From NCBI RefSeq assembly GCF_018350175.1, contig NC_058383.1, positions 41,168,001 through 41,232,000 on the forward strand: a DNA stretch of 64,000 nucleotides. Reading direction: 5' to 3'. This stretch comes from Felis catus. Taxonomy: Eukaryota. The notes beneath the pieces were generated by a model. It did not search any database and was not told the DNA's origin. It was given only the letters and a program-made list of their open reading frames with translations. The position numbers and the translations under genes are program-made. Shown here piece after piece: positions 1 through 12,789 of the stretch (its first letter is position 1; each line of letters begins with the position of its first letter).

Positions 1-423
1 TGGATGTTGGGACACAGTCTCTATGAGTGGCTCTTGTATGTTTTGCTGGTTTCTTTGGTTTGGGTTTTGTGCTTTGTTTTTTCAAAGGCCCCTTTTGAAG
101 GTTCTCCCTTCTTGCTTCTCTGGCCCTCCTAGACTCTCCTCTGTGCGTAGCTGAGACCCCTTCTCTGCTGGCCTCTGAGACCAGCACCCTGCTTGTCAGA
201 GATTTAAATGTTCTTACTGTTTTGGAATCATGACTGTTAGTTCATTTTGTAAATAAACGATGAAAATTGAGTTGGTTACAAATATCTGAGGCTTGTAAGT
301 GGTGTAGTTTTTATTTATTTAAAAGTCATCCCTATAGTCCCTTGAAATGTATCCATTTTGGGGTTGAATATTTGGTTGTGGTGCTGGGTACCTCACTGTC
401 CTTGATCTGTTCCTGTTGTCCAG

Positions 424-600
424 GAAGAATACAGAAATTCCATGCCCGCTTCCAGTTTTCAACAGCAGAAGCTGCGCGTCTGTGAGGTCTGTTCAGCCTA
501 CCTTGGTCTCCACGACAATGACCGTCGCCTTGCAGACCACTTCGGGGGCAAGTTACACTTGGGGTTCATTCAGATTCGAGAGAAGCTTGATCAATTGAGG
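424..600 (+). CDS. LUC7L: LUC7L coding exon (second zinc finger, U1 snRNP-associated splicing factor); gene starts upstream of window
   Basis: cag|GAAGAATAC...TTGAGG|gtacgt, 177 nt; translates EEYRNSMPASSFQQQKLRVCEVCSAYLGLHDNDRRLADHFGGKLHLGFIQIREKLDQLR, the LUC7 CxxC...H...H finger. Confidence 0.96.
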
Positions 601-1583
601 GTACGTTAATGTGTTGTGTTTCTGGAGAAACAAGTCTCTTGACTGTCCTCATGTTTCTTGACTTCTAGAAAACCTTGTGTTTTTATCCTCTCTCAAGAAC
701 GTGCCTTGAGTTTTATAGTGAAGTATTCTGATTTCATCACTTTGTTCACACGAGAGATCTAAGGTCTTAGAATCCAGAGGGACCTTGGATATTTATTTAG
801 TCTGCACTTGTTTACAGGAAACAAAGAGTCTCGTCCCCAGGTACAGACCGCTCTTGCCCACCTCTGAAGTAACTTCTGGTTGGAGATCGGAAGAGCCAGT
901 AGTCTCGTTTTTCTCCTTGGGCAGAGGTGGATGTGTGGAGAGTGGTTAGGCTAGACAGAAGATCACATTTCCCGGCCCTTGCCTTTGAGCCTTCTCTGGA
1001 GGATGCGGATGTGGTGGGGCTTTTTTGGATGGTGCTGCTGCACCACTGTCCACCTTTGTCTCTTCCCCAAGACTCCTCATTTTCCTAGGTTAGGCTCTAA
1101 AACATATCATGGGTGCAGAACATTCAGAAGGAAGGATGAGCGTGTTTCAGATACTTTGAACTGTTTTTCAGACTGGTGGAGTCCTCCCTGCTGCGTATGG
1201 AGACCGTTGGGATGGGGTACTAGGCCTCCTATGCAGGCCTTCCCTCCACGCACGTGAAATTCAGTATAGAGGGACAGACATATGGCCCCTGACTGGGACC
1301 CTGTGACCATCGGGGTAGAGAGCCTTGTGTGTCCCCAGAAGGAGCAGGGGGGACAGAGCTCTGCCCCTGAAGAGGGGTTGCCAGCAGGTGCGGTGTGAAC
1401 TCACCAGCAGGGGTGGGGCTGGGGTGGCAGCGTCTGCTCTTGAAGCATTCAGTTCTGTGTTCCCAATAGAATTTTGAAAAGTGATACACTCCGTCACATA
1501 TTATTAAGTTGGAATTTTGTCCTTGCAAGTTGACGGATATGAAAGGTGTAAAAATATTTGTGTCGCCAATAAAATATAAAACT

Positions 1584-1782
1584 TTTTTTAATGTTTGTCT
1601 ATTTTTGAGAGACAGAGTATGAGTGGGAGAGGGGCAGAGAGAGAGGGAGACACAGAATCTGAAGCACGCTCCAGACTCTGAGCTGTCAGCACAGAGCCGG
1701 ACAGAGGGCTTGAACCCACGACTGTGAGATCATGACCTGAGCCGAAGTCGGACGCCTAACCGACTGAGCCACCCAGGTGCCC
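1584..1782 (-). mobile_element. Can-SINE (SINEC_Fc-type) in LUC7L intron
   Basis: Reverse complement of GGGCACCTGGGTGGCTCAGTCGG head, CT-rich body, A tail; flanking gccaata..a.ataaa duplication. Confidence 0.9.
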
Positions 1783-1926
1783 CGCCAATAGAACATAAAT
1801 AGCAGTTTGGTGTCCACTACCATGCCTGCTAAAAATGTACTACTTAGCAGTTGGAAATGGCACTTTTACATTTCTCCTTTAAATTACGTTTCCATTTTCT
1901 ATCATCCCATAATTTTGTCCTGGTAT

Positions 1927-1980
1927 TTTTTTTTTTAAGTTTATTTCTTTATATTGAGAGAGAGCGTGAGCAAGGGAGCA

Positions 1981-2035
<55 letters not shown>

Positions 2036-2156
2036 CCCAGGCAGGCTCAACACAGAGAGAGCCCCACATGAGGCTCGATCTTCCAAACCATGACATCATG
2101 ACCTGAACTAGAATCAACAGTTGGACGCTTAACTGACTGAGCCACCCAGGTGCCCC
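1927..2156 (-). mobile_element. Can-SINE with expanded (GA)n microsatellite
   Basis: SINE head at 2135-2156, (GA)n at about 1984-2030, target-site duplication tgtcctggtatttt. Confidence 0.85.
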
Positions 2157-3569
2157 TGTCCTGGTATTTTATTTTTTTTTTTTTTTATAGCTGAAAACTT
2201 TTTATTTTTTTCTTAGCACATATTTCTCCAACAGAGATGAGAGTATATTGAAAATTTTCCCCCTAAAACCTTAAGAACTTAAGTATTAACTTGATCTAGA
2301 AAGCATGTTTTATCATTGAAGTTACAAGTGGCATGTCGTTGACCAAAGCAACATAAATGTATTTTGATAATAGCTGTTAAACTAACAACAGAAAATGTAT
2401 TTGTAAGTGCACCTCCTAACAGTAGGGAGGGGTAGAGTTCTGGGCCCTAATCAGAGATGGCGTCCCTTACATTGGTCCCAGAGGTGTGCCACACACTGAG
2501 GGTAAGAGCGAGGCAAGACCTTCTTTGTTAGGGGTGGAAGCATAGTGTCTAGGAAGTAGGGAGATGTGGAAAGGAGTTAATGCCAGACCATAGGCCTATG
2601 CTCGGTCACATCCCCTTTAGGAAGTTAAGGGGCTGAAACTCCCATCCTTAACCCTAACCATAACCTGTCCATCGTTGTGTGCCTGCTCAAGTGTAGGACA
2701 AGTGAAACCAGGGGTGGAGGGCCAGAAGCAACCAGACAGGAAGGCTCTCGTGCCTTGGGAGTGCTTTGAGGACAGCTGGCCCCTCTCTCTCAGTCCTTGC
2801 TACGCCTCTCATGCAGTGTCTGGCTGTAGTCTGCAGCAAGGTGGGACCATCCTTTGTGCCATCATGAGCACGAAAACACTGATGACCCTTTGTCTCCCTA
2901 CTCCACTCTACACAGGGCTTCGTTCCACTCAGCAGAGAGGTGGGGGCATCAAAAGGCTTTGAGTTGACCTTGGGTGGGAGTATGCAGACCGATCCCAGGG
3001 CTTTGAGCTAAGCTGTGTCAGTTGTGTTCGGGTAGTAACGTTTCTCAAGGCCTCCTCCTGTCTGTGCATTGTCTTTGCTCCGTGTTTACAATCCAGCCTG
3101 ATGAGCCAAGTATTGAGGGTTCAGGGTCTACCTCCCCTGGCCTACTGTCGCCATGAGGCTGGGTCTAAAGCCAGTGTAGCACGCAGCACCCCAGGGACAA
3201 GCAGCAGGATATGTTTGGTTAGAGACGTGTTTTTTTTTTACCATAAAGTTTGTGGAGTCTCCTTTGGGTAAAAAAATAACTTTCTGGATTGGTGTGAGGC
3301 AAAAGATAGATTTCTGTGACTTAGAACTGTAGCATCTGTTAGAATATACACATCACTGAATTTGTAAGATATAATGATAAAAGCGTTATTTTCTCGTATT
3401 TCCCATTAAGAAGCTTTAATGGTGATTGTGTTCCTGTTTCTTAAGAGTTTCTATTGGATTTCTAAATTATCAATATTGAGATTACGTAAAAGTGCTTTGT
3501 TAAACAGCGTTCACACTCTAGTTGGTGTAACTTGCTCTTCTCTCATTTTCCAATTTCTTGTTTATTTAG

Positions 3570-3658
3570 AAAACTGTGGCTGAAAAGCAGGAGAAGAGGA
3601 ATCAGGATCGACTGAGGAGGAGAGAGGAGAGGGAGCGGGAGGAGCGGCTGAGCAGGAG
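3570..3658 (+). CDS. LUC7L: LUC7L coding exon (RE-rich)
   Basis: tag|AAAACT...AGGAG|gtgagt, 89 nt; KTVAEKQEKRNQDRLRRREEREREERLSR, in frame with the previous exon. Confidence 0.95.
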
Positions 3659-5441
3659 GTGAGTCCACGGCGGATCCACGCCCAGGGAGACCCTGCTCCT
3701 TCCTTCAGTCTGGCTCATAGCACTTGAGCTCAGCTACGGATCTCAGTGGCCCTTAAAAGAAAAATAAGCAATGTGCAACATGTTTCGGAGAGCAGGGTTT
3801 GGGCTGGCGTGGTAGGAGCCTTGCGGTGCGTACACGGCCACCCTGAGCTGCAGGAGCAGTTGTGACAACCTCATTTGTACCTGGAACGGTGTGAGGGAGG
3901 GCTGAGCGGTGGCAATGGGAGAGGCACCTGCCGCGCCCCCATGAGGTCAGGGCGGACCAGTCGGGCAGGAGCAGAGACTTTATGGAGCTGGAGCGTGTTC
4001 TGTCACACAGCCGTACTGCCCTAGGGGGAATCCGCCAAAGGGCCTTAGGGCTGAGTAGACTCCAGTGTTGACTGAGGGTTGTGGGGCCAGTGGGCAGGGG
4101 CGGAAGCAGTGAGAACTGTGAGGAGCTACCTAGGAGAACCAGGCGAAGGAGCTGCTGGTTGACGGGTGCAAGTGGGAAGGGTGTGGGTGTGTTGTGGGGG
4201 TAGAGCTGATAAGGTTTGCTGGTACGAGGTGGCGAGGCAAGCAGAGGGGGATTGAAGTCGGCCTCACTGCTCTCTGGCCTGGCGTGGCCACTTAGGAAAA
4301 TGGAGAAGACTGGGACCGGTGTATGGGGTGAGAAGGCGCTGCGGGGAATAGAACTTGGCTTTGACTGTATTCACTTTGAGATGCTTAGGAGACATCTGGT
4401 CAGAGTTCAGGCAAGAGGCCAGAGGCCAGACCACGCTCTCGTGGGGCACAGCTCGCTGTTCCTTGAAAGGCCTGGATGCTGGGATTCCTGGAGGAATTTC
4501 TTAGTTTGTAATTCAGAAAGGACAGATCACGTTTATAGTTTCCTCTGTGTTTCTTTTCATTACTTTAATCATCTAACAGGTTGTGATTGTAAAGAGACTC
4601 ACTGAGTATAAAAATGTATTAAGCAAAACATGTAAGTCTCTTTTTACCTGAAAGTGACCACTACTCCGGTGGGGTGTGTCTGTGTGTGCGGAAGCACGTG
4701 GGACCCTTGCCTCACCTCTGAGATCTTCCCCCAGCAGGGGTGCTCCTGACAGATACACAGTGCCCTTACAGTGATGTGGCAAGGTTAACTACCCTTTTTT
4801 CCTCCCCCACCTTCACACTTTTTGCACATCCCACCCCCTGCCTCTGGCAGCCACCAGTCTGATCTCTGTATCTGTGAGGTTTGGGAGTTTTTTTAGGTTC
4901 CACAGATAACTGAGATCGTACAGTATTTGTCTCTGACTTATTTTACCTAGCATCATGCCTTGACGGCCCGTCCATGTCGTCACAGATGGCAGCATTTCCT
5001 TCCTTTTTGTGGCTGAGTAGTGTTTCGTTGTGTATTTACTTGTTTGTCCGTCCATATGTCGGTCTCCATGTCTTGGCCCTTGTAAATAACCATGTGATGA
5101 ACGTAGAGGCACAGAGGTCTTTTCAAGATAGTGATTTCAGTTTCTTTGTTCCTGTTGTTGAGAGGGGCAGAGGAAGAGAGAAAGAGAAGGAATCTGAAGC
5201 AGACTTCACGCTCAGTGCGGAGCCTGACGCGGGGCTTATTCCCACACAACCCTGGAATTGTGACCTGAACTGAAATCAAGAGTCGGGGGCACTTGGAGCT
5301 ATAGGCCTGAGAACTAGAAAATAACAAGTCTCTGAGAAGCTGACTCTCCTTCACCTTGTAGACTAGGGGCACCTCTCCTCATACATATGTGAGGGGCGGG
5401 GCAGTTTGGGGGAAATTGTTCATCTTTTTTTTTTCTTTCAG

Positions 5442-5471
5442 GTCTGGTTCAAGAACCAGAGATCGCAGGAG
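5442..5471 (+). CDS. LUC7L: LUC7L 30-nt coding micro-exon
   Basis: Long polypyrimidine tract + cag|GTCTGGTTCAAGAACCAGAGATCGCAGGAG|gtagg; (R)SGSRTRDRR(R), phase-compatible. Confidence 0.92.
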
Positions 5472-5914
5472 GTAGGTTTGCAGATCCATTAATGTGTTCT
5501 CAGTCAAATGTCCTTTTCCATGTGCATTTTTTCCTTAATAGTTAACCATTACAGCTTCACCGTTGTTACCCGGTGGGCAGGGCTGGTTGGGGACACACTC
5601 AAACCCTGTCTGTCTTCGTCAGGTTGGTTGGGGCTTAGTGCAGCAGAGGGACCCACTGTCAATGAGAGAAGTCAGGTGGGATTGCTGAGGCCTATGGGCA
5701 GTGAGTGTTTCCTGGCAAGATGTTTTCGGGAAGCATCAGTGGGAGCATCAGGCCATAATTCTCTTTGACCGGAGATTGATTGTGAACCCCAGTTGTATTT
5801 TTGTAGGAGGGAAGGGGAGATGCCAGGGAAGCATCAGGTCAGACCTGCTGAGAGAGAAGGGCTGTTGGGATGGGGCCATCACAGCCTTCAGAGCCGTCTG
5901 GGTGTCTGCTGCAG

Positions 5915-6082
5915 GTCGCGCTCCCGGGACCGGCGTCGGAGGAGGTCAAGATCTACCTCCAGGGAGAGACGGAAGTCATCCCGGTCCCGGTCCCGAGACA
6001 GACACCGGCGCCACCGCAGCCGTTCCCGGAGCCACAGCCGGGGCCACCGCCGGGCTTCCAGGGACCGGAGTGCGAAATACAA
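5915..6082 (+). CDS. LUC7L: LUC7L RS-domain coding exon
   Basis: cag|GTCGCGC...TACAA|gtaact, 168 nt; SRSRDRRRRRSRSTSRERRKSSRSRSRDRHRRHRSRSRSHSRGHRRASRDRSAKY(K); read-through gives AAG TAA (6081-6086). Confidence 0.95.
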
Positions 6083-7115
6083 GTAACTACTCTGACTCCT
6101 TCAGTAGCTGCAATCGGAGTGAGCCCCTTCTCTTTGTGTTCCCAGGGTCTGCTGGGGGTCTGTCATCGGGGCCCGTTGGCCATACCCGGTAGGGATGGGT
6201 CTGAGGCTTTTGCCTCAGGAGCCTGGCTGGGCATCTGTGGGACTGAGTGTTGGAGCCTTGAGAATTGTGAATGGGGCCCAGGGAACAGGGAGCTCTAAGC
6301 AGAGAGCAGCGGGTAGATTCAGGGCCAGGACAGTTGAGAGGCTGTGGGGGTGGTTACATGGGTATGGCTCCCTCTTGTGACCCGCTGCACACTCAGTGTC
6401 ACCTCCATACACAGAGCCCCTGAGATTTGTGTCCTGACCAGGTGNNNNNNNNNNNNNNNNNNNNNNNNNNNNNNNNNNNNNNNNNNNNNNNNNNNNNNNN
6501 NNNNNNNNNNNNNNNNNNNNNNNNNNNNNNNNNNNNNNNNNNNNNNNNNNNNNNNNNNNNNNNNNNNNNNNNNNNNNNNNCAAGTACAGAAGGGGCAAGA
6601 GGGAGAGAGAGAGTCCCAAGCAGTCTCTTCCCTGTGAGTACAGAGCCCGACGTGGGGTTTGAACTCAAGAACCACAGGATAGTGACCTGAGAGAAGTCAG
6701 ACGCTTAACCAACTGAGCCACCAAGGCACCCCAAGGAAAAACAAATTAAAAACCATTCATACTCACACTTCAAGATAAGCACTGTGTGTGCTTGATTGTA
6801 GCCTTTTTTCCATCACGTTTACATAACGGGTCATATTTCTCATATGCACTCTTGTTTTTTGCTCCATTTACACTCAAGCGAAAGCTTACCCTATTGGGAG
6901 AAACCTCTGCACATGTTACTTTTTCATGGCTGCCTAACACTCCTTTGTGGCGTGGGCACTAGACGGCTGCCCTCTGGCCTTCTGTGGGCCTCCCCAGGTG
7001 TGCTGGGTCTTGGCCTTCCCTAACCTGGTGTTGAGGATCCGAGTTGTCAGCGCCCCAGGAGCCAGCCTGAAGGGGGATGCCAGCCTCCTCTGAGCCTCTG
7101 GTTCTCTTTTCCCAG

Positions 7116-7257
7116 GTTCTCCAGAGAGCGGGCGTCAAGGGAGGAGTCTTGGGAGCATGGACGCAGTGAGCGAGGGGCCGCTGACTGGAGGCTGGAGAGC
7201 TCCAACGGGAAGACAGCTTCACGGAGATCGGAGGAGAAGGAGGCTGGCGAGATCTGA
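7116..7257 (+). CDS. LUC7L: LUC7L terminal coding exon (long isoform)
   Basis: cag|GTTCTCC...ATCTGA; FSRERASREESWEHGRSERGAADWRLESSNGKTASRRSEEKEAGEI*. Confidence 0.94.
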
Positions 7258-7436
7258 GCCTACATCTGGGCCTGTAAATAGTCTGTTAAACGTTTGACAC
7301 AGCCTAAAGTACCCCTTTATATTTGCTGAATACACCTCATCTTTTGTAGTTTACAATTTCTATTGTTTTGGAGCTAGCTGTGAGTTTCTAGAGATGTACA
7401 GAGTTGCTCCTGTGTTCTGGGGTTATGTTGAGTAGG

Positions 7437-7446
7437 AATAAATAAA
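7437..7446 (+). terminator. LUC7L polyadenylation signal (overlapping AATAAA x2)
   Basis: aataaataaa about 180 nt after the stop codon. Confidence 0.8.
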
Positions 7447-8821
7447 TCTGACAGACGGCCTCCTTACTGCTGCGGTGGGGTCTCTGCTGTCCCTCCTGTG
7501 CTCTAGAGACTTCACCATGGCCTTCCATGGTTGATGACACGCTGGATGTTCTCCGTGAGCTTTATTCACCGTCAGAAATGCTGACCTACTGTTAGACATC
7601 ACTTTGAGTGTTGGCATCTGACATGCCTTGCCGCCCTGACCAAGCGGAGCGAGGTGTGCAGAGTTGTCTGCCTGCTGGGCTGGATGTGTCCTTTCTGAGG
7701 GTCTGAGCTGCCCGGCCCCGCCCCTCAGTGCAGACCACAGCAGGCTCTGCGGGGGAGGAGGGAGGTGCCCCATCCTGCATCCACTTCTCTGGAAGGACTG
7801 CCGGTCTAGTGTGCTGTTAGCATAGCCTCAGCCTGCCTGGCTCCAGTGAACCACACTGCAGTTCCCCCTTCAGGAGTTACTTAAGGACGAAGAAAGGCCT
7901 TTGGACGGCATCCACGTGGCAGCCACAGGGTCCTCAGAGGCAGGGGTTACTGATTTGGGATCAGGTTGTAGTTCGACTCACACTCAGGAGAGGCTAGTGG
8001 TGTTCTCATGCTCTCAGCTGCTCTGTCACACGAACTCAGAGACCAAAATCAGCCCATCAGCCCTTTGGGTTGGTTTATTCTAGGAGGGAGCTTCTGATGG
8101 CCAAGTTGTGAAAACTGTCATCCCCACCCCCTTAGTGCAGAGGTGGCCCAGTGGGCACATGGTCACTGGGTCTGGATCTTGTGCCACCAGCACCGGGAAG
8201 TGACTGGTAGCCGTGCTGTGGACTCTGGTATCGCAGTCTGTCCCCTTCTAGGAAGATGTGTGGATAGGTGGGTACTCCTGCAGCATAGGTTTTCCCTGGC
8301 CCCCTGTCTCCACAGGGAGGAAGGGCAGTGTCAGTAGGGTGTCCGTGTCCTGCACTTGTCTGGGGCCCAGGCTGAGCCAGGAAGAAGGGGCCTTGCTGGA
8401 ACATCCAGTGGGAGGCTGCCAGAGAGCAAGGGGTAAACGTCGGCTTGGTAGGTGGCGTAGACACCAAGCGGGCTGGGTGGTGGAGATACGTCTTGGGTTT
8501 GGGAAGTAGAGGCAGATTGGTGCAAAGCCACGAATGGATTAAGGGTGGTCCTAGGAGGGGAGGGGCGGAGGGAATGAGGGCTGGGGTCCTGGGTGCCTGA
8601 CTCGGCTCTGCAGTCCCGTGTGGGGAATGCAGAGAATGGTCTGAAGCAGGCAGGGATACCCTAGCTTAGATAGCGTGAGGGTGTGCTGCTAGGAGGCAGA
8701 GTGTCAGAAGGACCTCCTGCCTACACCCCCCATCTCCTGGAGGGTTAGGCTTTAGAAAACAAAAGAAAAACAAAACTGTAGAACAGTAGTAAAATACACA
8801 CAGTTTACCATTTTAACCTTT

Positions 8822-9020
8822 TTTGTTGGTTTGTTTGTTTACTTTTGAGAGAGAGTACGAGAGGGGTGAGGGCAGAGAGAGGGAGACACAGAATCCGAAG
8901 CAGGCTTCAGGCTCCAAGCTGTCAGCACAGAGCCTGATGCAGAGTTCGAACTCAGTAACCACCAGATGATGACCTGAGCCGAAGTCAGATGCTTAACCGA
9001 CTAAGCCACCCAGGTGCCCC
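8822..9020 (-). mobile_element. Can-SINE
   Basis: gagacacagaatccgaagcaggc...gccacccaggtgcccc signature. Confidence 0.85.
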
Positions 9021-11589
9021 ATTTCAACCATTTTGAAGTGTGCATTTGAGTGGTATTGAGTGTGTCACCATCCATGGAGGGGTGGTTTTGAAAGGGCATC
9101 CCTGGACTTAGTGAGATCTCAGCCACGAGCATGAGGCTGAGGTCAAGGCTGCAGCTGCTCCCTTCACGTGTGGGCGCTCACCAGTCTGTAGCGGAGCAAG
9201 GAGTCTGGAGCTCTTATGCTTGACTCTCCAACCTCGTTATTGGAGGCGCCCACTGCCTCTGGTGCACCCCAGGCCCTTGAGCCTCGTGGCTTTCAAGGGT
9301 TCACCAAGCTCCTGTGTGCAGGAGTGCAGCGGACACACCGTCCTGTGTTCCAGGTGGGTGGAGAGGAGGAGGTGATATTGATGGAGGCCACGCACGACAC
9401 TCCCAGAGCTCCACAGCTCATCCCAGGTGGGTTTCAACAGAGGTGAGCTCCTGGTCGGGGGGATGTGGAGGATGCCTAGAGAAAGTCACCCATAAATCAT
9501 GAAGTGGCTGGGACCAGAGTTCACCACCCCACCTTGAGTCCTTGCTAAGAATACAAAAATGTGGGAAATGTTTATGGAGAAGCAGGGATGCAGGTCAGGG
9601 GGTAGTTGCAGTCCCTGAGGAGATTTGGGTGGGCCAGGCCAGCAGGTGCAGGGCCTCCAGGACCCCAAGGTCATAGTGGAATCCATGTTCCTTGGGACCA
9701 CCCCAGGGCTGTGTGGTGCCCTCAGCCCCTCCCAGTTGCTGTTCCTTGAGGATTTCCCCGCTACACACAGAGTCCTGTCGATTGGCGGAGGACAGAGTGA
9801 CCAGTACCTAGTGTGGGTTGTGGCACCTTCCTGTGTAGAGGTCTGGGGCTACCTTCCAAACTCAAAATGGGGGTCTCTAGCCAGGTCGAGGGCTGCCATC
9901 TGATGAGGGGAGGGTTGGAGAGAATCTGTTGGCCTTGTTCCCTGCATGGGAGCCCATAGGATCCACAGCAGGGCCCAGCCTTGGGCAGCACCCACCCCAG
10001 GGTTCACTGGCAGGTCCTGGGCTCTCACTGCATTCTGTGGATATGTGGAGATCCTCCCTTAGGGTACTGAGGTGCACTTGGCGGGGCCTGGGAGCTAGGA
10101 GAGCTCCCTGGGCAAGGTGGTACCCATCTGTGATTGGAGTAAGGGGGACAGGGGCTGTGCACCAGAGTGCCTTGGAAGGGACCCTTAACCTAGAAATGGG
10201 ATGGTGGCCACAGTGAGGGCTGGGATCCGCATATGGTTACGCTCTGGTAAGATTGGGACAGTTGAGTGGTTCTTAGACTTTAACAGGTACCTTAAAACAG
10301 GTTGCTACCCTGCCTCCCCGCTTCAATTTTCTGGGGAGGGGCCCCAGAAAGAATGTATTTTCATTATTTTGTAGGTCGATTTTTTTTTTTTTTTTTTTTT
10401 GGTTAACATAAAATTCAACATTTTGACCGCTTGAAAGTGGTTTATAATCTATTCCCAATGTTATGCTATCTAGCCCTCTGTAGTTGCAGAACATTTTCAT
10501 CACCCCAAAAGGAGACCTAGTTACCAGTAGGCAGTCACTCTCTCTGACCCAGCCCTAGACCATTGCTCATCTACTTGCTGTGTCTGTCGATTTACCTATT
10601 GTGAACGTTTTCTGTAAGTGAAAGCACGGTAAGTGACCTGTGACTAGCTTCTTTTACTGAGCGTAGTGTTTTGCAAGATGGTCCGCACCGTACCATAAAC
10701 GTAACCCTCGAGAGCTGGAATGGGGGCAGCAGGGTGTTGGGGGCCAGGAGTGGGCACCAGCTTCAAACCCTGAATGACCTCTCTGGGATGTGAAGTGAGA
10801 TGCTGACTCAAAGAGGGGCCCCCAGCTCTTGGCATCAGGGCACACGCCAAAGGTAATACTTGGACCTTAGGAAAGGGGGGTTGAGGAGTCATGTCCTCAG
10901 TTGATGACACAGTTAAATCCTCTGTCCACTGCACAGTCCGTATGCCAGCACCCCAGACAATCCCTCCCCTACTTTCCGCACATGCCCTGGGCATCCTCTG
11001 GCGCGTGAGGCTTTGTGGTGCCACGTCGCCCTGCATGTTATATCACTGCTGACAAAGCTGATGGCTACTTAATGGATGGGCACAAGGTCTGGTGGGTAGC
11101 CATGGTCCCTGACCTAGCCCATGCAGGAGGACTGACCGTCCTCACAGGAGTGCTAGTGCTCCCTGCATAACACAGATCCACAAGGAAGGCTGAGGGGAGA
11201 CCCTGGGGGTCACCGGATTTCCTGAGCACCTGAAGCTCTCTAGCGCTTTCTGGCCCTTTGTTCCTGCCCTTCACTCTTTTCCCTCCCTGGGGCTAATACA
11301 GCTGAGCCTGTGGGCTGGGGCTACCCTCCCAAGGCAGTTGTGCAGGGGTCACTGCCAGGGGAGGAGCAGTGGTGAGAGCTCGTGAAGAAGACTGCCCCCA
11401 CCACTGGACCCAGACACCTTCTTTTTGTTTTTATGGAGATATCATTGATAAATGGTGTTCTGTTAATTTCAACAACACACATATATGTTGCAAAATGGTC
11501 ACCACGGGAAGTCTGCTTAACATCTGTCTTCACAAATTGTTTTCTGGTGGTGAGGACCGCTAAGCTGTACTCTGAACAGCTTTCAAATA

Positions 11590-12185
11590 TACACTATGGT
11601 GTTATTGTATATGTAATAATGTAACTATGTAATAAGGTGCAGTATTGTATATATAATGCTGTGTATGTAACTAATAATATGTAATATGGTGCCATGTTAC
11701 TGTACATATAATTTGGTATATGTAATTAGGTAATAATATAGTGTGTTATTTGCATAATACTGTATGTAATTATGTAGTATAATACAGTGCAGTATTATAT
11801 ATAATACTGTATATGTAATGTAATGATATGTAATACAATGAAGTGTTCTGTATAAAATGCCATATGTAATTACTATATATGGAATACTGTGTATATATAT
11901 AATTAGGTAACATAATACAGTGCAGTATTATATATGTAATACTATGCATGTAATTATGGAACAATACAGGATAGCATTATACATAATATTGTATATGTAA
12001 TTACATAACCTATAATACAGTGAAGTATATATATTTGTAATAGATGCATGTAAATATATAATGCAATTATATATAAATATAACTATAATACTGTATATTA
12101 TGTAATATATAATACAGTATGCTTACTGTATGTGGAATACTGTGTATGTAATTATGTAATAATACACAATGCAGTATTACATATT
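11590..12185. repeat. Degenerate AT-rich tandem repeat (about 45-55 bp unit, core TAATACAGTGCAGTATTATATATAATACTGTA)
   Basis: Recurring atgtaatta / aatacagtg / cagtatta motifs; very AT-rich island in a GC-rich region. Confidence 0.8.
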
Positions 12186-12789
12186 CCTAGGCCTTTTTCT
12201 GAGGCTGCCGGAACCTTCTTTGGAGCTCTGAAGGTCCAGCGTGCCTGGGACTCCAGACGAGTCAGCTACTGGCTGGGCCCAGCCTCTCTCCCTACAGAAG
12301 AGGGCACGGAAGAGTTTAGAGAATAAGAAGCAAGCTCTGCATGTCCACCTGGGTCAGGAAACGGAACGGTGTCTCAGCTCCTGGGAAACCCCCGTCTTCC
12401 CTTCGCGGCCCCTCTGTCTTCCCAGAGGTCACAGCCTCCCGACATGTGGCAGTCTTTGACACATTCATTATTTCATTGGTCTCTGAAGACCAGGAGTCAA
12501 GACACAGCTCAACCAAGTTCTCCCTCACAGGCTGCAATCGAGGGGTCTCCTCTGGGGCTGTTCTGGAGAAGGGTCCACACTCACATAGTTGCTGGCAGCA
12601 TTTAGCTACCTTCTGGGCGTCAACAAGAAGTCCACTCCATGGGGCAGCCACAGCATGGCAGCTTGCTGCTTCAAGCCAGCAAGGGAGACTGTCTCCAAGC
12701 AAGAGAGGCGTTATTAATCATGGAAGCGACATCCAGTCCCCTTTCAGAATTTTGTGGGTTAAAAGCAAGCCGTAGCATCCACTAGCATT

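Noticed and set aside
9216-9450. Possible relic of omega-globin or globin Y between LUC7L and theta (…GAGCTCCAC…CAGGTGGGTTTCAACAGAG|gtgag faintly resembles the end of a globin exon 2)
   Set aside because: Upstream sequence does not align to any globin exon 2 by eye and no exon 1 or 3 was found. A tBLASTn or HMM search with HBW/GbY profiles would be needed.
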